From the NCBI GenBank assembly GCA_052146555.1, contig JBKQMU010000083.1, forward strand, positions 39,316 through 103,315: 64,000 nucleotides of DNA, written 5' to 3'. The notes beneath the pieces are model-generated. The model ran no database searches, was not told the origin of the DNA, and worked only from the letters and a program-made list of their open reading frames with translations. This document shows positions 1-10,539 of the stretch, piece by piece. How positions within the stretch are numbered: position 1 is the stretch's first letter; each line of letters opens with the position of its first letter. Source of the stretch: Isosphaeraceae bacterium (lineage in GTDB: Bacteria > Planctomycetota > Planctomycetia > Isosphaerales > Isosphaeraceae). Position numbers and translations under genes: made by a program.

Positions 1-1328
<1,328 letters not shown>

Positions 1329-1682
1329 TTACAGGCGCCTGCGGCCTCGGGCAAGCCAGTGCCGGCCAGCAGTGGGCAGGCGGCAGGCGGCAGTGAGCGG
1401 GTATTAGCACACTGGTTGCTTGGTCTCGAAGGCACTGGTCATTTCGGAGAGTTTCGCTTTCCACCACGTCGAATCATCAGCCCGGTGGAACAGCTCGCCC
1501 CGAGCGGGAATTCGTGCTTCGGCCGCGCTCCAGATTTCCTCGCGGCTGATCGGACCTTCGCCGGCCTGAGGATCTTCGCCTGGACGAAGCAGTGGAGCGG
1601 AATGCTGGATGACCGTGCCGCCGATGTAATCTCTGAGTTTGAATGATTCTCCCAGCCAGGGGAAATGGGTAGTTGAAGCTTC

Positions 1683-2225
1683 CTAGGGCCGAATGCTCCA
1701 GGGCGCCATCCGCTCGATCATTCGATCCCTCACCACCAGCGTGTGAAACGAGATCGCCCCAAAGTGAGCGATGAAAGTCAGGAAAAAGAAGTACGCGAGG
1801 ATGGTGTGCGCTTTCCGAAGCACTGCATACAGCATCGCATTGTGCGGAAGGATGCTAGGCAGATGCAGGGGTCCATACAGGACAATCGGATAGTGTGCCG
1901 CCGACAGCATGCCCCAGCCGACCAGCGGCAGAGCGAACATCAAGCCATACATCGTGAGTTCGGACGCCGTTGCCGCCAGCCGCTCCGCGCGCGACATCGT
2001 GGCAGGAAAGGGAGGCGGCGGGTTCAAGAGCCGGTTCACAAAGCGAACGACGACCAAGATCAGAATCGCGATACCGAGCGGGCGATGGATGGACACGAGC
2101 ACGTGGTAGTTGGCCAACGAGACGACCATGCTGACGCCGATACAAAGCATGGTCAAGACCATCGCGGCCATCGTCCAGTGCAGCAGTCGCGAGAAGGCGG
2201 TGAATTGGCGGCGCTCCGTTGACAT
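1683..2225 (-). CDS. Cytochrome b561 family membrane protein
   Basis: About four hydrophobic helices with heme-type His motifs (SRLLHW, SIHRPLG, AHTILAY, AHFGAISFH); 2 nt downstream of the catalase-like gene. Confidence 0.85.
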   Translation of the reverse strand: MSTERRQFTAFSRLLHWTMAAMVLTMLCIGVSMVVSLANYHVLVSIHRPLGIAILILVVVRFVNRLLNPPPPFPATMSRAERLAATASELTMYGLMFALPLVGWGMLSAAHYPIVLYGPLHLPSILPHNAMLYAVLRKAHTILAYFFFLTFIAHFGAISFHTLVVRDRMIERMAPWSIRP

Positions 2226-2227
2226 GT

Positions 2228-3334
2228 TCAGCCTCCTTTACGTACGACGGCTGGTGGGGTCGCGCCTGGCTGCTTCGTCTCGCCGGCACGCCTGGTAAAG
2301 GACTGCGAGTACACCGCCGAGCGGGCGCTCAGGAATGGATCATCCGATGGCGCGATGCCCACCGGCAACACCAAAGGGTCGAAGTTGATATTGGTGGCGG
2401 CACTGGTTTCGTCACTCTCCACTCGATCCAGCGTCAGAGTTCCCACATCCACCTTTTCCCGCCCCTCCGGCCAGGGGATGGAGGGGTCGTGGGTGGGATC
2501 GCCCGGCTGTCCAATGATGATGAGATGCCATCGCAACGGCTGGCGCTGGAGATGTGTGACGAGCGCGTCAAAGAGATAGTTTTTGTCGTGGGGTGCCGAA
2601 GCGGTGCTTGCCGCCTCGAACGGCTGCTCGGGCATCATCAGCCAGCGCACCGGTATGGAATCGCCCGCCGCATTGATGAAGCGAAACGCATGCAAACCGT
2701 GGTACGTGCTGTTGCCGAACCCGGATGAGACCGCCCGGCCCTTGATGACCTTCATCGCCTCCTCGGATTCGGGATGCCGTGCCAGAAACGACTTCATCTG
2801 GTCTGGATCAGGCTTGCCGGTTTTGGGGTCGGGTGCCGACGCCAGAACCAGCTCATAAAACGCCGCGGGAGTGCTGGCCGGAACGACCGGCAGGTTGATC
2901 ATCGCGGTTCGCCACAGCTCGCCGCCGGGCAGGGAAAACTCAAGTGCCAGGCCGCGCACCGTCTCCGGCATGTCGGCGGCAAAAGGCTGTCCGCCCGACA
3001 AGGAGAAGCGGCCGATCACGGGCAATCGCTCGGGTCGAAAGACAACCGCCTTGGAGAGACGGACGCCATTGCCATTGCTTTCGAAGAACCCGGCGACGCC
3101 TAGCCCCTTGGCATGATTGCGACGGAAGCCGGGGTGGACTCCATCGACGTGCTCGAAAGCGTCGGCAAACCGAGTGGGGGTAAGCTCATTCGGAGTGAAC
3201 CACCCGCCGAGATAGGCGAACGCTCCTGCGACCGCCCCAAGAGCGGCACCGATCAGTGCCAGCCTTGCCAGCGAGCTGATCGTGCCGAGCCGGGGCCGCG
3301 CAGCTTCTGCTGGTGCTTCAGGGTAGTCCGACAT
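2228..3334 (-). CDS. Catalase-related heme peroxidase (SrpA-like), N-terminal anchor/signal
   Basis: RRNHAKG distal-His motif, VIGRFSLSGG, NFDPLVLP, RSAVYSQSF proximal-Tyr motif. ATG 3334 preferred over TTG 3346. Confidence 0.85.
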   Translation of the reverse strand: MSDYPEAPAEAARPRLGTISSLARLALIGAALGAVAGAFAYLGGWFTPNELTPTRFADAFEHVDGVHPGFRRNHAKGLGVAGFFESNGNGVRLSKAVVFRPERLPVIGRFSLSGGQPFAADMPETVRGLALEFSLPGGELWRTAMINLPVVPASTPAAFYELVLASAPDPKTGKPDPDQMKSFLARHPESEEAMKVIKGRAVSSGFGNSTYHGLHAFRFINAAGDSIPVRWLMMPEQPFEAASTASAPHDKNYLFDALVTHLQRQPLRWHLIIIGQPGDPTHDPSIPWPEGREKVDVGTLTLDRVESDETSAATNINFDPLVLPVGIAPSDDPFLSARSAVYSQSFTRRAGETKQPGATPPAVVRKGG

Positions 3335-3869
3335 CTTCCGCTCCAATCAACTTGAGCGTAGCCCGATGTGCGTACTGCGATCAACCGTAGTTCCGTTGGG
3401 AGAATCTCTGGCGATTCACACGGCTGCTGCCACTCGATCCTGCTCAGACCTGAATTCTACCGCCGTTCAATTCTAGAGGGACTGTTGCCGCTCACCGAGT
3501 GATCAGGCTAACAGTTTCCGCCACTGTTGCATTCGTCCCTTTGGGGTCGTCGCACTTGACTCTGGCTCGGGGACGACGAGACGGCCGGACCCAGAGCCGT
3601 GTGACACTGCCTGCACAAATGAGGCCAGACGGGTGTGTAATCGTCCCTGTTCACAGGGAAATGCCAAATGCGGGCGGCCCCGCCCCTCCGGTGCGTCGGC
3701 ATCAGGGGGTTGGGGATGTCTCCTTTTGAAAAGGCGGAGACCGCCGCGCGGTGCGGCTTCAAGGAAGCCAGTTCTTACGGGCAAGCGCGGACCGAAAGCC
3801 AGGTAAGATCGCTTACCCCGCACTTCACGTTCCGCCGGTGCAGCCAAGCGCCCGGATCACGGTCTGCAC

Positions 3870-3896
3870 CCGGCGGAGTGAGCTGAACTCCGCCGG
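3870..3896. other. Perfect 10-bp hairpin (terminator or REP-like)
   Basis: CCGGCGGAGT-GAGCTGA-ACTCCGCCGG in intergenic DNA; no clear U-tract. Confidence 0.35.
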
Positions 3897-4077
3897 AAGA
3901 GGGCTGCAATCCGGAGACTCGAGTGTCACAATCGTGTCGCAAGGGAAAAAAACCTCGCGTCAGTTCACCCGTAGAGCGTACCCTGGTTGACCTCCAGGGC
4001 GAGTCCCGGGGCAACCTGCGGCCCGGGCCATAAGGATATCGGTCCGGTTTCCCACCGGCTTGATCTTGGCCGCCGAT

Positions 4078-4746
4078 TCATGACTGGCCGCGTGGACCAC
4101 TCCGCAGCAGGGGCACGACGTACTTCCTGAGAAAAACCGGAGAATCCGGACCGAAGTGACCGCCGAGATGGCCGGTAGAGGCCATCCGGGCCCTCCATCG
4201 GACCTGGGTGAGCTTGGCGTACTGGCTTGCCCGCTCTGGGTCCGATTCCTGCGTTGGGACGCGAAAGCCGACAAGCCCCGCACCGACGGTTCGCACCCGG
4301 TCGGCCGTGCCGAAGACGCGTGTTCCCACCCCCAGGATGAAGACGTCCCAAGGCGACCAAAAGACGACCATCTCTTGGGCCACTGCGCGGAGCGCGGCGG
4401 TCAGGTCGTAAGTTGGTGAGAGCGCCGGGGCCAAGAGGACCACACGCTCGACCGCGTTCTCGCCCAGCTTCTCGAGTGCACCCACGGCCACCGCGGAACC
4501 GGCCGACTTGGCGATCAGATAAACCGGCTCCGTGGGATTCCGCTCCTTGAAGCGCACAACGATCTGGGCCAGCAGCTCGGCCTTGCGGTCGCGATGGGGC
4601 ACATCGGTCAGGTCGGCCAGCCAGCGGCCCAGCCCGTGCCCCCAGGGAAAGACGTGGATCGCATAGGGCATGCCCACGCGTCCCAGCACGTAGCGCAGGC
4701 CGGTGCCGCAGAGGTCGAAACCGCCGACCCCGCCGACCACAAGCAC
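4078..4746 (-). CDS. Alpha/beta-hydrolase fold protein (true start probably further upstream)
   Basis: VYLIAKSAGSAVA nucleophile-elbow-like motif, VVLLAPALSP, late GGHFG His. The frame stays open upstream to about 4920 without ATG/GTG/TTG. Confidence 0.65.
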   Translation of the reverse strand: MLVVGGVGGFDLCGTGLRYVLGRVGMPYAIHVFPWGHGLGRWLADLTDVPHRDRKAELLAQIVVRFKERNPTEPVYLIAKSAGSAVAVGALEKLGENAVERVVLLAPALSPTYDLTAALRAVAQEMVVFWSPWDVFILGVGTRVFGTADRVRTVGAGLVGFRVPTQESDPERASQYAKLTQVRWRARMASTGHLGGHFGPDSPVFLRKYVVPLLRSGPRGQS

Positions 4747-4932
4747 GAAGGCCTCGACCCGAGAGTCTGGCGCCAGTCCATCGACCAGAGGCGGCCCAAA
4801 GAGGACCCGGTACAGCGGTTCGATGAACAGTCTGGAGAACCAGGACGTGCGGCGGTCCGCTTTCGCCTCAGGGGGTTTTCCTTGCAGCGTTGACGGTGCC
4901 AGGATCTCTTCCTTTCTTGCTCAGGGGCATCG

Positions 4933-5964
4933 CTAGGACGATCGCGACGGAACCGGCGGCCCGGAATCGCTAGCCTTGGGCGGGATCGGTTTTTCTTTCT
5001 CTTTGTCCCGTTCGATTCTGGGCTGGGGTAGTGCCGGCTCGGTCTCGGTTTCCTGCCACTTCATGGCCCGAGCATGGCGCGTGGGAGCGATGCGGAGAAT
5101 GATGTCGCCATCTTGAAAGAGCCGGACGGTGCCGTTGGACTGGCTGACAACGACGGCCACTGCCCGGGTCACCTCGGTGATGGCCGCGGCGGCCCAGTGC
5201 CGCGTGCCCAGACCCTTGGGGAGGGTCAGCCCGGTCATGGGGGCGTCGACCAGCCGGCAGGCGGCTTCGACCGTGCCATCCCTGGCCACGATGAAGGCGC
5301 CGTCCATCTGGGCGATCTCCTTGATCGCCTCACGCACGCGGGGGTCGCGGACGTTGCGCTCCTTGCGGCGATAGCCCTTAAACGGGTCGAAGCCCAAAGG
5401 ACGCGTGCGCGACAGGACGTTGCGCGCATCGCCGACGACGATCAAAGTGCCGACGGGCTTCCCTTCACGGCCCTCGCGGCCGATCTCGACGGCTGTATCG
5501 ACCACGGCCTTGAGGGTCTCAAAAGGGACGGAGGTCTCGAGCGCCCGGAGGTCATGCGCCGAGAGACGCTCCAGGTGCTCGCCCACGCGTATCACGGACA
5601 TCGAGTCGATGGCCTCGGCCTCGAAGCCCGAATAGACAACGACGATCCGGACGCCGGCCTTGAGCTGGTCGTTGGCGACGGCCTCGATCAAGGCCAGCGA
5701 GATGCGTTCGGCGATGGCCGCTTCGGTCGGCTCAACCTCGATGGCTTTGAGACCGAGCTTGCGGATCGCCTCGATCTGGCGTGGGGACGACGACGCCACG
5801 AAGACCGCCGGGGCCCCCGCGCAGACCGAGCGGACGAGCTCCCATTCCATGTTCCCTTCGGGCATGATCAGCACGCCGACAGCGCACAGACGCGTGGCCG
5901 CCTCGCAGGCCAGCGACAGGATCGGCAGAATGGCGGTGGCCTTCGAGACTGGGTTTGGCGTCAC
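4933..5964 (-). CDS. DAC (DisA_N) domain protein with N-terminal alpha/beta domain; putative diadenylate cyclase
   Basis: MDGAFIV (DGA motif), GLGTRHWAAA (RHR-like motif), EGREGKPVGTL, VVVSQSNGTVRLF. Confidence 0.85.
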   Translation of the reverse strand: MTPNPVSKATAILPILSLACEAATRLCAVGVLIMPEGNMEWELVRSVCAGAPAVFVASSSPRQIEAIRKLGLKAIEVEPTEAAIAERISLALIEAVANDQLKAGVRIVVVYSGFEAEAIDSMSVIRVGEHLERLSAHDLRALETSVPFETLKAVVDTAVEIGREGREGKPVGTLIVVGDARNVLSRTRPLGFDPFKGYRRKERNVRDPRVREAIKEIAQMDGAFIVARDGTVEAACRLVDAPMTGLTLPKGLGTRHWAAAAITEVTRAVAVVVSQSNGTVRLFQDGDIILRIAPTRHARAMKWQETETEPALPQPRIERDKEKEKPIPPKASDSGPPVPSRSS

Positions 5965-6082
5965 GGAACACGGCCTCGATCGGATGGCTTTGGCGGCGCA
6001 TCGTCACCCCGCGGAAGGTCTTTCCTGAGCGAGTCACCCCGACGGCGCGGCGCGTACAGCCATCAGAAAGGGCATCGCGGAA

Positions 6083-6174
6083 GGGTGGCTGGGGCAGAAT
6101 GCCCCAGCAGCCATAACTTGACGGCCACGCGCGGGCATGTCTGTGGTGTCGCTGCCGCTCCACCACAGCCACCC
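6083..6174. repeat. REP-like element, family A (GGGTGGC...GCCACCC termini)
   Basis: GGGTGGCTGGGGCAGAATGCCCCAG...GCTCCACCACAGCCACCC; related copies at 9490, 23974 and 39091. Confidence 0.7.
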
Positions 6175-6181
6175 GCCGGCC

Positions 6182-7018
6182 TTATTTCTTCTTGACTTCC
6201 TCCGGCTTGGGTGAAGGAGTCGGAGCCGCAGCCGGTGTGGCAGCCGTAGCCGGTCTGGCAGCCGCAGCCGGTGTGGCAGCCGCAGCCGGTCTGGCAGCCG
6301 CAGCCGGTGCTGGTCCCTTGGCCTTCCGCACTTCGTCGATGTACTTGTTGAGCATGGCGGCCCGCTGCTCGTAGTACGCCTTCAGCCCGCCGCTGGGGTT
6401 GATGATCCGGAGGTCGGTCTGAGGGTTGATCGTCACGCCCTCCATCGACTTGCCATAACCGGTGAACCAGCCGCAAAAGACCTCGGGAGAAACGGCCCAG
6501 TAATTTTTCTTGGCGGCCGGGTTCTTGAGCGTCCGGGCGTCGAGCGCGTAGCCCTTGACCAAGATGTCGAGGATCGGGGGCGGGTCGATCGAGGTGTCGA
6601 CAAGTCCGGCGTCCTCAGCGGCCACGATGGCCTCGGCTACCGCCTTACGCGCCTTCTCGAGTTTTTCCTCGACCTCTTTGGGAACGGTCGGAAGAGGAGC
6701 TTCGGCGAGCTTCTCAGCCTCTTTCCTGGGCGCTTCGGCCTTGGGCTGCTCCTTCGCGGCGGCAGCCTCTTGCTTGGGTGCCTCGGCCGGGGCGAGCTCT
6801 TTCTTGACTTCCGCCTTGACCTTACCCTCCTGAGCGGATGCGGGGCTCAACCACGAAAGCGCCAGGGCCAGGCTAAGGCCAGCCGACCACAAAAGCGGAA
6901 CAAATCTTCGAACCACCGCCAGATCTCCTTTCGCACGGGACACGTCGAGATTGCGGCCCAGCATGCGCCGGGTGTCCTGTATCCGGTCTTCCGTTTGCCG
7001 TAGGTCCCAGGCGTCCAC
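6182..7018 (-). CDS. Hypothetical exported protein with Ala/Lys/Pro-rich linkers
   Basis: Signal-like segment LLWSAGLSLALALSWLSPASAQ followed by a globular core; start uncertain. Confidence 0.6.
   Translation of the reverse strand: MDAWDLRQTEDRIQDTRRMLGRNLDVSRAKGDLAVVRRFVPLLWSAGLSLALALSWLSPASAQEGKVKAEVKKELAPAEAPKQEAAAAKEQPKAEAPRKEAEKLAEAPLPTVPKEVEEKLEKARKAVAEAIVAAEDAGLVDTSIDPPPILDILVKGYALDARTLKNPAAKKNYWAVSPEVFCGWFTGYGKSMEGVTINPQTDLRIINPSGGLKAYYEQRAAMLNKYIDEVRKAKGPAPAAAARPAAAATPAAAARPATAATPAAAPTPSPKPEEVKKK
6228..6309 (-). repeat. 18-bp coding tandem repeat (about 4.5 units) encoding an AAARPA/AAATPA tail
   Basis: Unit G(C/T)AGCCGGT(G/C)TGGCAGCC repeated directly. Confidence 0.9.
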
Positions 7019-7244
7019 GCCTCCGGACCGCTGGACCTACGGAGAAACGGTGATCTTACCGGCCCAAGCGCCGCCCGGCTAGGGACGTTGGAAGTGAACG
7101 ACGAAGGTGGGAGAAGACGCAGTTCGGCGGCGTCTCTTGACCCGCCGCATTACCAGACCGCACGGGGAGCTTCACCGACGGGGATACGCCCGTTGGGGGC
7201 TCCGAATGAGGCTACGACTTTATGTAGATCGTTGCATAATCCGC

Positions 7245-7272
7245 TTGACGCGCTGCATATTCGCTGTATAAT
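7245..7272 (+). promoter_or_regulatory. Sigma70-like promoter of the TA pair
   Basis: TTGACG-16 nt-TATAAT; AAGGAG RBS at 7328-7333 before GTG 7340. Confidence 0.7.
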
Positions 7273-7339
7273 TCCAGTGTACGATGACCGATATGGTTCC
7301 CTTATTTAAGCTAGTTATAAATTAATTAAGGAGAGTTTA

Positions 7340-7756
7340 GTGGATTCTAATCCTACTAAGAAGCCCATCAAGATTGGTGTCAAGCAGGGCGATGGTCCTC
7401 CTCCAGGATACCAGTGGAATGTAGACGTTTTGGACAGCGCATTCCAAGAGGCGATGAAGTTTCTCGATGAAGCCCAGTACTATCACCTCGCGGATCAGGT
7501 TCGGGAACTGGCGCGTCAGTCCGATCCGACCCACAGTGATACCGTTGATGTTAGACCAATTGAAGAGTTTTTCGAGATTCGTGATAAGGGCGGGATTCTA
7601 GGCAAGATCAATGCCCGCGTATTCTACTTTGTGGACAAGCCGACTCGGAAGATTGTTGTGATCGGTGCCATCAAGAAAGAAAACGAAGGTCCAACGGAGC
7701 CTCATGTCCGCATTCGTATGCGCAGACTCATGAGGGTTTGTCAGTCGAAAGAATGA
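7340..7756 (+). CDS. RelE/HigB-like (Gp49-type) toxin
   Basis: FFEIRDKGG...ARVFYFV...IVVIGAIKK pattern; lies upstream of an HTH gene. Confidence 0.7.
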   Translation: MDSNPTKKPIKIGVKQGDGPPPGYQWNVDVLDSAFQEAMKFLDEAQYYHLADQVRELARQSDPTHSDTVDVRPIEEFFEIRDKGGILGKINARVFYFVDKPTRKIVVIGAIKKENEGPTEPHVRIRMRRLMRVCQSKE

Positions 7757-7801
7757 TTTCGGTTTGCCTTGTAATGAGCGCCCATGGCGGCGAGAGGTCG
7801 T

Positions 7802-8314
7802 ATGATGTTGAGAGAAACCACTCAGAGCCCAAGCGGTTTGTCTGATTCGCTCGGGATTTTGCCTGAGCCAGTCAGGGCGGCGATCCTGGCTCTGTCAGTT
7901 TTGATAGACCGGATCGGGAAACTTCCAGAACCTGACCGGGATGATCTGTTCGAATTACTCCAGGAGTGGCGAAAGGCCGATTCTCCCGAGCAGGCGAAGG
8001 CCATACGTGAGGCGATGGAGGAGATCCTCGCTGGTCCGCCCTGCGTCGAGGCTAAGGCTCTCCCACTGACCGAGCGGAAACCTCCCGTGCCGGAGGGGTT
8101 TCAGAAGTGGACGGACTTCATCAGCAAAAAGATCAGAGCGGAGCGGGAAGCGGCTGGTCTCACGCAGCAGCAGTTGGCTGAAAAAGCGGGTTTGGGGCAG
8201 AGCCACATCAGTCGACTGGAAAACGGTGAACACAGTCCGAGCCACCTGACCCTGGAGAAGATTGCCTGTGCCTTGGGGAAGTCCGGGGGGGAATTAGACC
8301 CTTGCTTGGACTGA
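7802..8314 (+). CDS. XRE-family HTH antitoxin (HigA-like) with long N-terminal helical extension
   Basis: IRAEREAAGLTQQQLAEKAGLGQSHISRLENG; GAGAGG RBS before ATG 7802 (alternative start 7784). Confidence 0.85.
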   Translation: MMLRETTQSPSGLSDSLGILPEPVRAAILALSVLIDRIGKLPEPDRDDLFELLQEWRKADSPEQAKAIREAMEEILAGPPCVEAKALPLTERKPPVPEGFQKWTDFISKKIRAEREAAGLTQQQLAEKAGLGQSHISRLENGEHSPSHLTLEKIACALGKSGGELDPCLD

Positions 8315-8342
8315 CTTCGCCTTTTTGGACGTAGCGGAGCAC

Positions 8343-8371
8343 GGGCTCAGTCGGGAGACTGAGCCCTTTTT
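8343..8371 (+). terminator. Rho-independent terminator
   Basis: GGGCTCAGTC-GGGA-GACTGAGCCC-TTTTT just after the HTH gene. Confidence 0.85.
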
Positions 8372-8627
8372 GCTTCGAGTTCCGGCGACATCACATAAGA
8401 CTCGACAATCAAGGACGGTGTCCCCAGAACCGTTGCTGAGGTGTCCTTACCCGGGGTGTCCTGAATCCGGTCGGTTTGCCGGCTCAAGCGGCTGGCGACT
8501 CTTTTTTCTCCGCGGCCTTGTAACGCTCGGGCCGTTCCGGCGACTCACGGTCGGACACCCTGCGCGGGCGTGTCCGATTGTAGGGAAGGACGAACGAATC
8601 TCAACTCAACCAAAGGAGTGAACCTCC

Positions 8628-9452
8628 ATGCGCAATGCCTTTTTGCCACGGAAGTTACGAGTCTTGACGAGCGTCATCGCCCTGGCTTTTGGGGGGCCCC
8701 TGGCGGCCGGAGAACTGGAAATTACCGTGACCAGCGATCAGCCGGCCGGAGGGTTCGCATTCTCGCCGGTCTGGATCGGGCTACATGACGGTACGTTCAC
8801 CACGTACACGCCCGGCACAAAGGCCTCCACGGCACTGGAGGCTGTCGCGGAGCTCGGCGATAGCTCCGGACTCCAGGCCACTTTCCTGGGTCACGGCGTG
8901 CCGACCGTCGTGGGCGGTTCTCCTTACGGGCCGGGTAGTTCGGTGTCGACCACCGTCAATGTGGCTAACCCCTCGACCGACCAGTACCTGAGCTTCGCCG
9001 CCATGGTCGTGCCGTCCAACGACTTCTTCATGGGCAACGCCAACCCTCTGGCCTTTCACGTCTATGGCGCGTCGGGCCAGTTCCTCGGTCCGCTCACCAT
9101 CCAGATCTATGGACGCAACGTCTGGGACGCCGGCACCGAGGTCGACAACATCAATTTCGGGGCCGCGTTCATCCTGAGCGATAACGCCAAAGATCATGTC
9201 GCCGAGAATGGCACGATCAACCCGGTCTTTGGCGGCCCGATCGACTACACGTCCTATTTAAACAGCATCCTGGGCAAGGAAACGCCCTACAACTACACCA
9301 TCTCGCACTTGATCTCCCCGAACGACCTTCTGGCCACCATTCAGGTGAGCTCGGTGCCGGAGCCCTCGACCCTGATTCTGCTGGGCGTAGGCTCAGCCGG
9401 CGCGCTCTTCGCCCGCCACTGGTGGCGGAGGCGGTTCCAAGCAATTGGTTAA
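8628..9452 (+). CDS. Spondin-domain PEP-CTERM protein
   Basis: Signal peptide; FSPVWIGLHDG, LSFAAMVVPSNDFF, WDAGTE spondin_N-like motifs; C-terminal VPEPSTLILLG...WWRRR. Confidence 0.85.
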   Translation: MRNAFLPRKLRVLTSVIALAFGGPLAAGELEITVTSDQPAGGFAFSPVWIGLHDGTFTTYTPGTKASTALEAVAELGDSSGLQATFLGHGVPTVVGGSPYGPGSSVSTTVNVANPSTDQYLSFAAMVVPSNDFFMGNANPLAFHVYGASGQFLGPLTIQIYGRNVWDAGTEVDNINFGAAFILSDNAKDHVAENGTINPVFGGPIDYTSYLNSILGKETPYNYTISHLISPNDLLATIQVSSVPEPSTLILLGVGSAGALFARHWWRRRFQAIG

Positions 9453-9489
9453 GAAGTTGCGTGTGAGAAAGTGACCATTTTCTCGAATC

Positions 9490-9570
9490 GGGTGGCTGGG
9501 GCGGAGTCGTGGGCGCCCCGGGGCAGCGGCCCCGGTTCTGGTGCATCGCTTGGCTCTGCTTCAGGCACCC
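9490..9570. repeat. REP-like element, family A (degenerate)
   Basis: Starts GGGTGGCTGGGGC and ends CAGGCACCC; between convergent genes. Confidence 0.5.
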
Positions 9571-9619
9571 GGAGATCTGATCACGGCTCGAATTGCGCAA
9601 CGACTCTCCACGCGGCTCC

Positions 9620-9802
9620 TTAACTTCCACTTCCCAGCGTACTGTTCACGCCGCTGAACGTAGCACTGGCGCTCTGACCGAGCGTGGTGAGGATTGTGAT
9701 GCAAGCAACGAGAATCAAGGCCAGCATCACGGCGTACTCAACAGCAGTCGGGCCATCTTCGCTCTGCAGGAATCGGGAGATCGAGGGAAGGAAGCGAGTC
9801 AT
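9620..9802 (-). CDS. flp: Flp family type IVb pilin
   Basis: SEDG|PTAVEYAVMLALI cleavage motif with E at +5, hydrophobic helix, 60 aa. Confidence 0.92.
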   Translation of the reverse strand: MTRFLPSISRFLQSEDGPTAVEYAVMLALILVACITILTTLGQSASATFSGVNSTLGSGS

Positions 9803-9983
9803 GGATTTGTCTCTCAGATGGTCGGATGGAATTGGTCACATGACAGATTCAGACCTGCTCGCCCATCTTACTCCATGCTTGGTAAGCTGGTGACGGAACG
9901 GGCCGAAGAAACGACACATGTTGCCTCGATGCAACGACAGGCCGCGTTGCAAACCAGAGGACACGGAGCCCCGGAATCGTGCC

Positions 9984-10074
9984 GGGTGCCACGCTCGTGT
10001 CCGCGTGAGCATGCGGGGTGAGCTTCGGCTTCAGTAATCAGGGGCACGCTTGCCCCGGTGCAAGCGTGAAACCC
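9984..10074. repeat. REP-like element, family C (GGGTGCCACGCT / CACGCTTGC..GCAAGCGTG)
   Basis: Hairpin at 10045-10068; inverted relative at 15753-15840; partial copies at 22668 and 32905. Confidence 0.6.
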
Positions 10075-10143
10075 AACCTTTTGCCCCAGGCAACCAGAGA
10101 TCTGATCACGGCTCGAATGGCACATCGAATCTCCCTCGGCTCT

Positions 10144-10341
10144 TTAACTTCCGCTTCCCAGCGAGCTGTTCACGGCACTGAACGAAGCACTGCAGCTTTC
10201 ACCGAGCGTGCCCACGATTGTGATGCTGGCAAGGAGAATCAATGCCAACATCACGGCGTACTCAACGGCCGCCGAGCCATCTTCGCTCGAACCATCTTCG
10301 CTCAGCAGGAACCGGCAGATCGAGGGAAGGAGACGAGTCAT
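10144..10341 (-). CDS. flp: Flp family type IVb pilin, paralog 2
   Basis: SEDGSSEDG|SAAVEYAVMLALI; 15-nt internal duplication at 10273-10302. Confidence 0.88.
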   Translation of the reverse strand: MTRLLPSICRFLLSEDGSSEDGSAAVEYAVMLALILLASITIVGTLGESCSASFSAVNSSLGSGS

Positions 10342-10539
10342 GGATTTGTCTCGCAGATGAATTGGTCGGGATTTGATAGATGACAGATTCAGACCTGTCT
10401 GCTCTACTTACTCCATGTTTGGGTAGCTGGTGACGCAGTAGACCGGAAAAGCGACGCGGGTTGCCTCAAGGCAACAACAGGCCGTGTCGCAATCCCGGGG
10501 ACGCGGAGCGCTGGAATCGTGCGTCCCTGGAACGGCGTC

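Larger units (their letters stand above)
9573..10522. repeat. Direct segmental duplication (9573-9982 and 10098-10522), each copy carrying a Flp pilin and its upstream region
   Basis: Both units start AGATCTGATCACGGCTCGAAT and end GGAATCGTGC. Lengths are 410 and 425 bp; the 15-bp difference equals an internal duplication in copy 2. Confidence 0.9.

Noticed and set aside
3500-4070. Structured intergenic region as ncRNA or riboswitch (c-di-AMP, SRP, 6S, RNase P)
   Set aside because: Hairpins are present but no diagnostic motif was found by eye; an Infernal/Rfam scan would decide.
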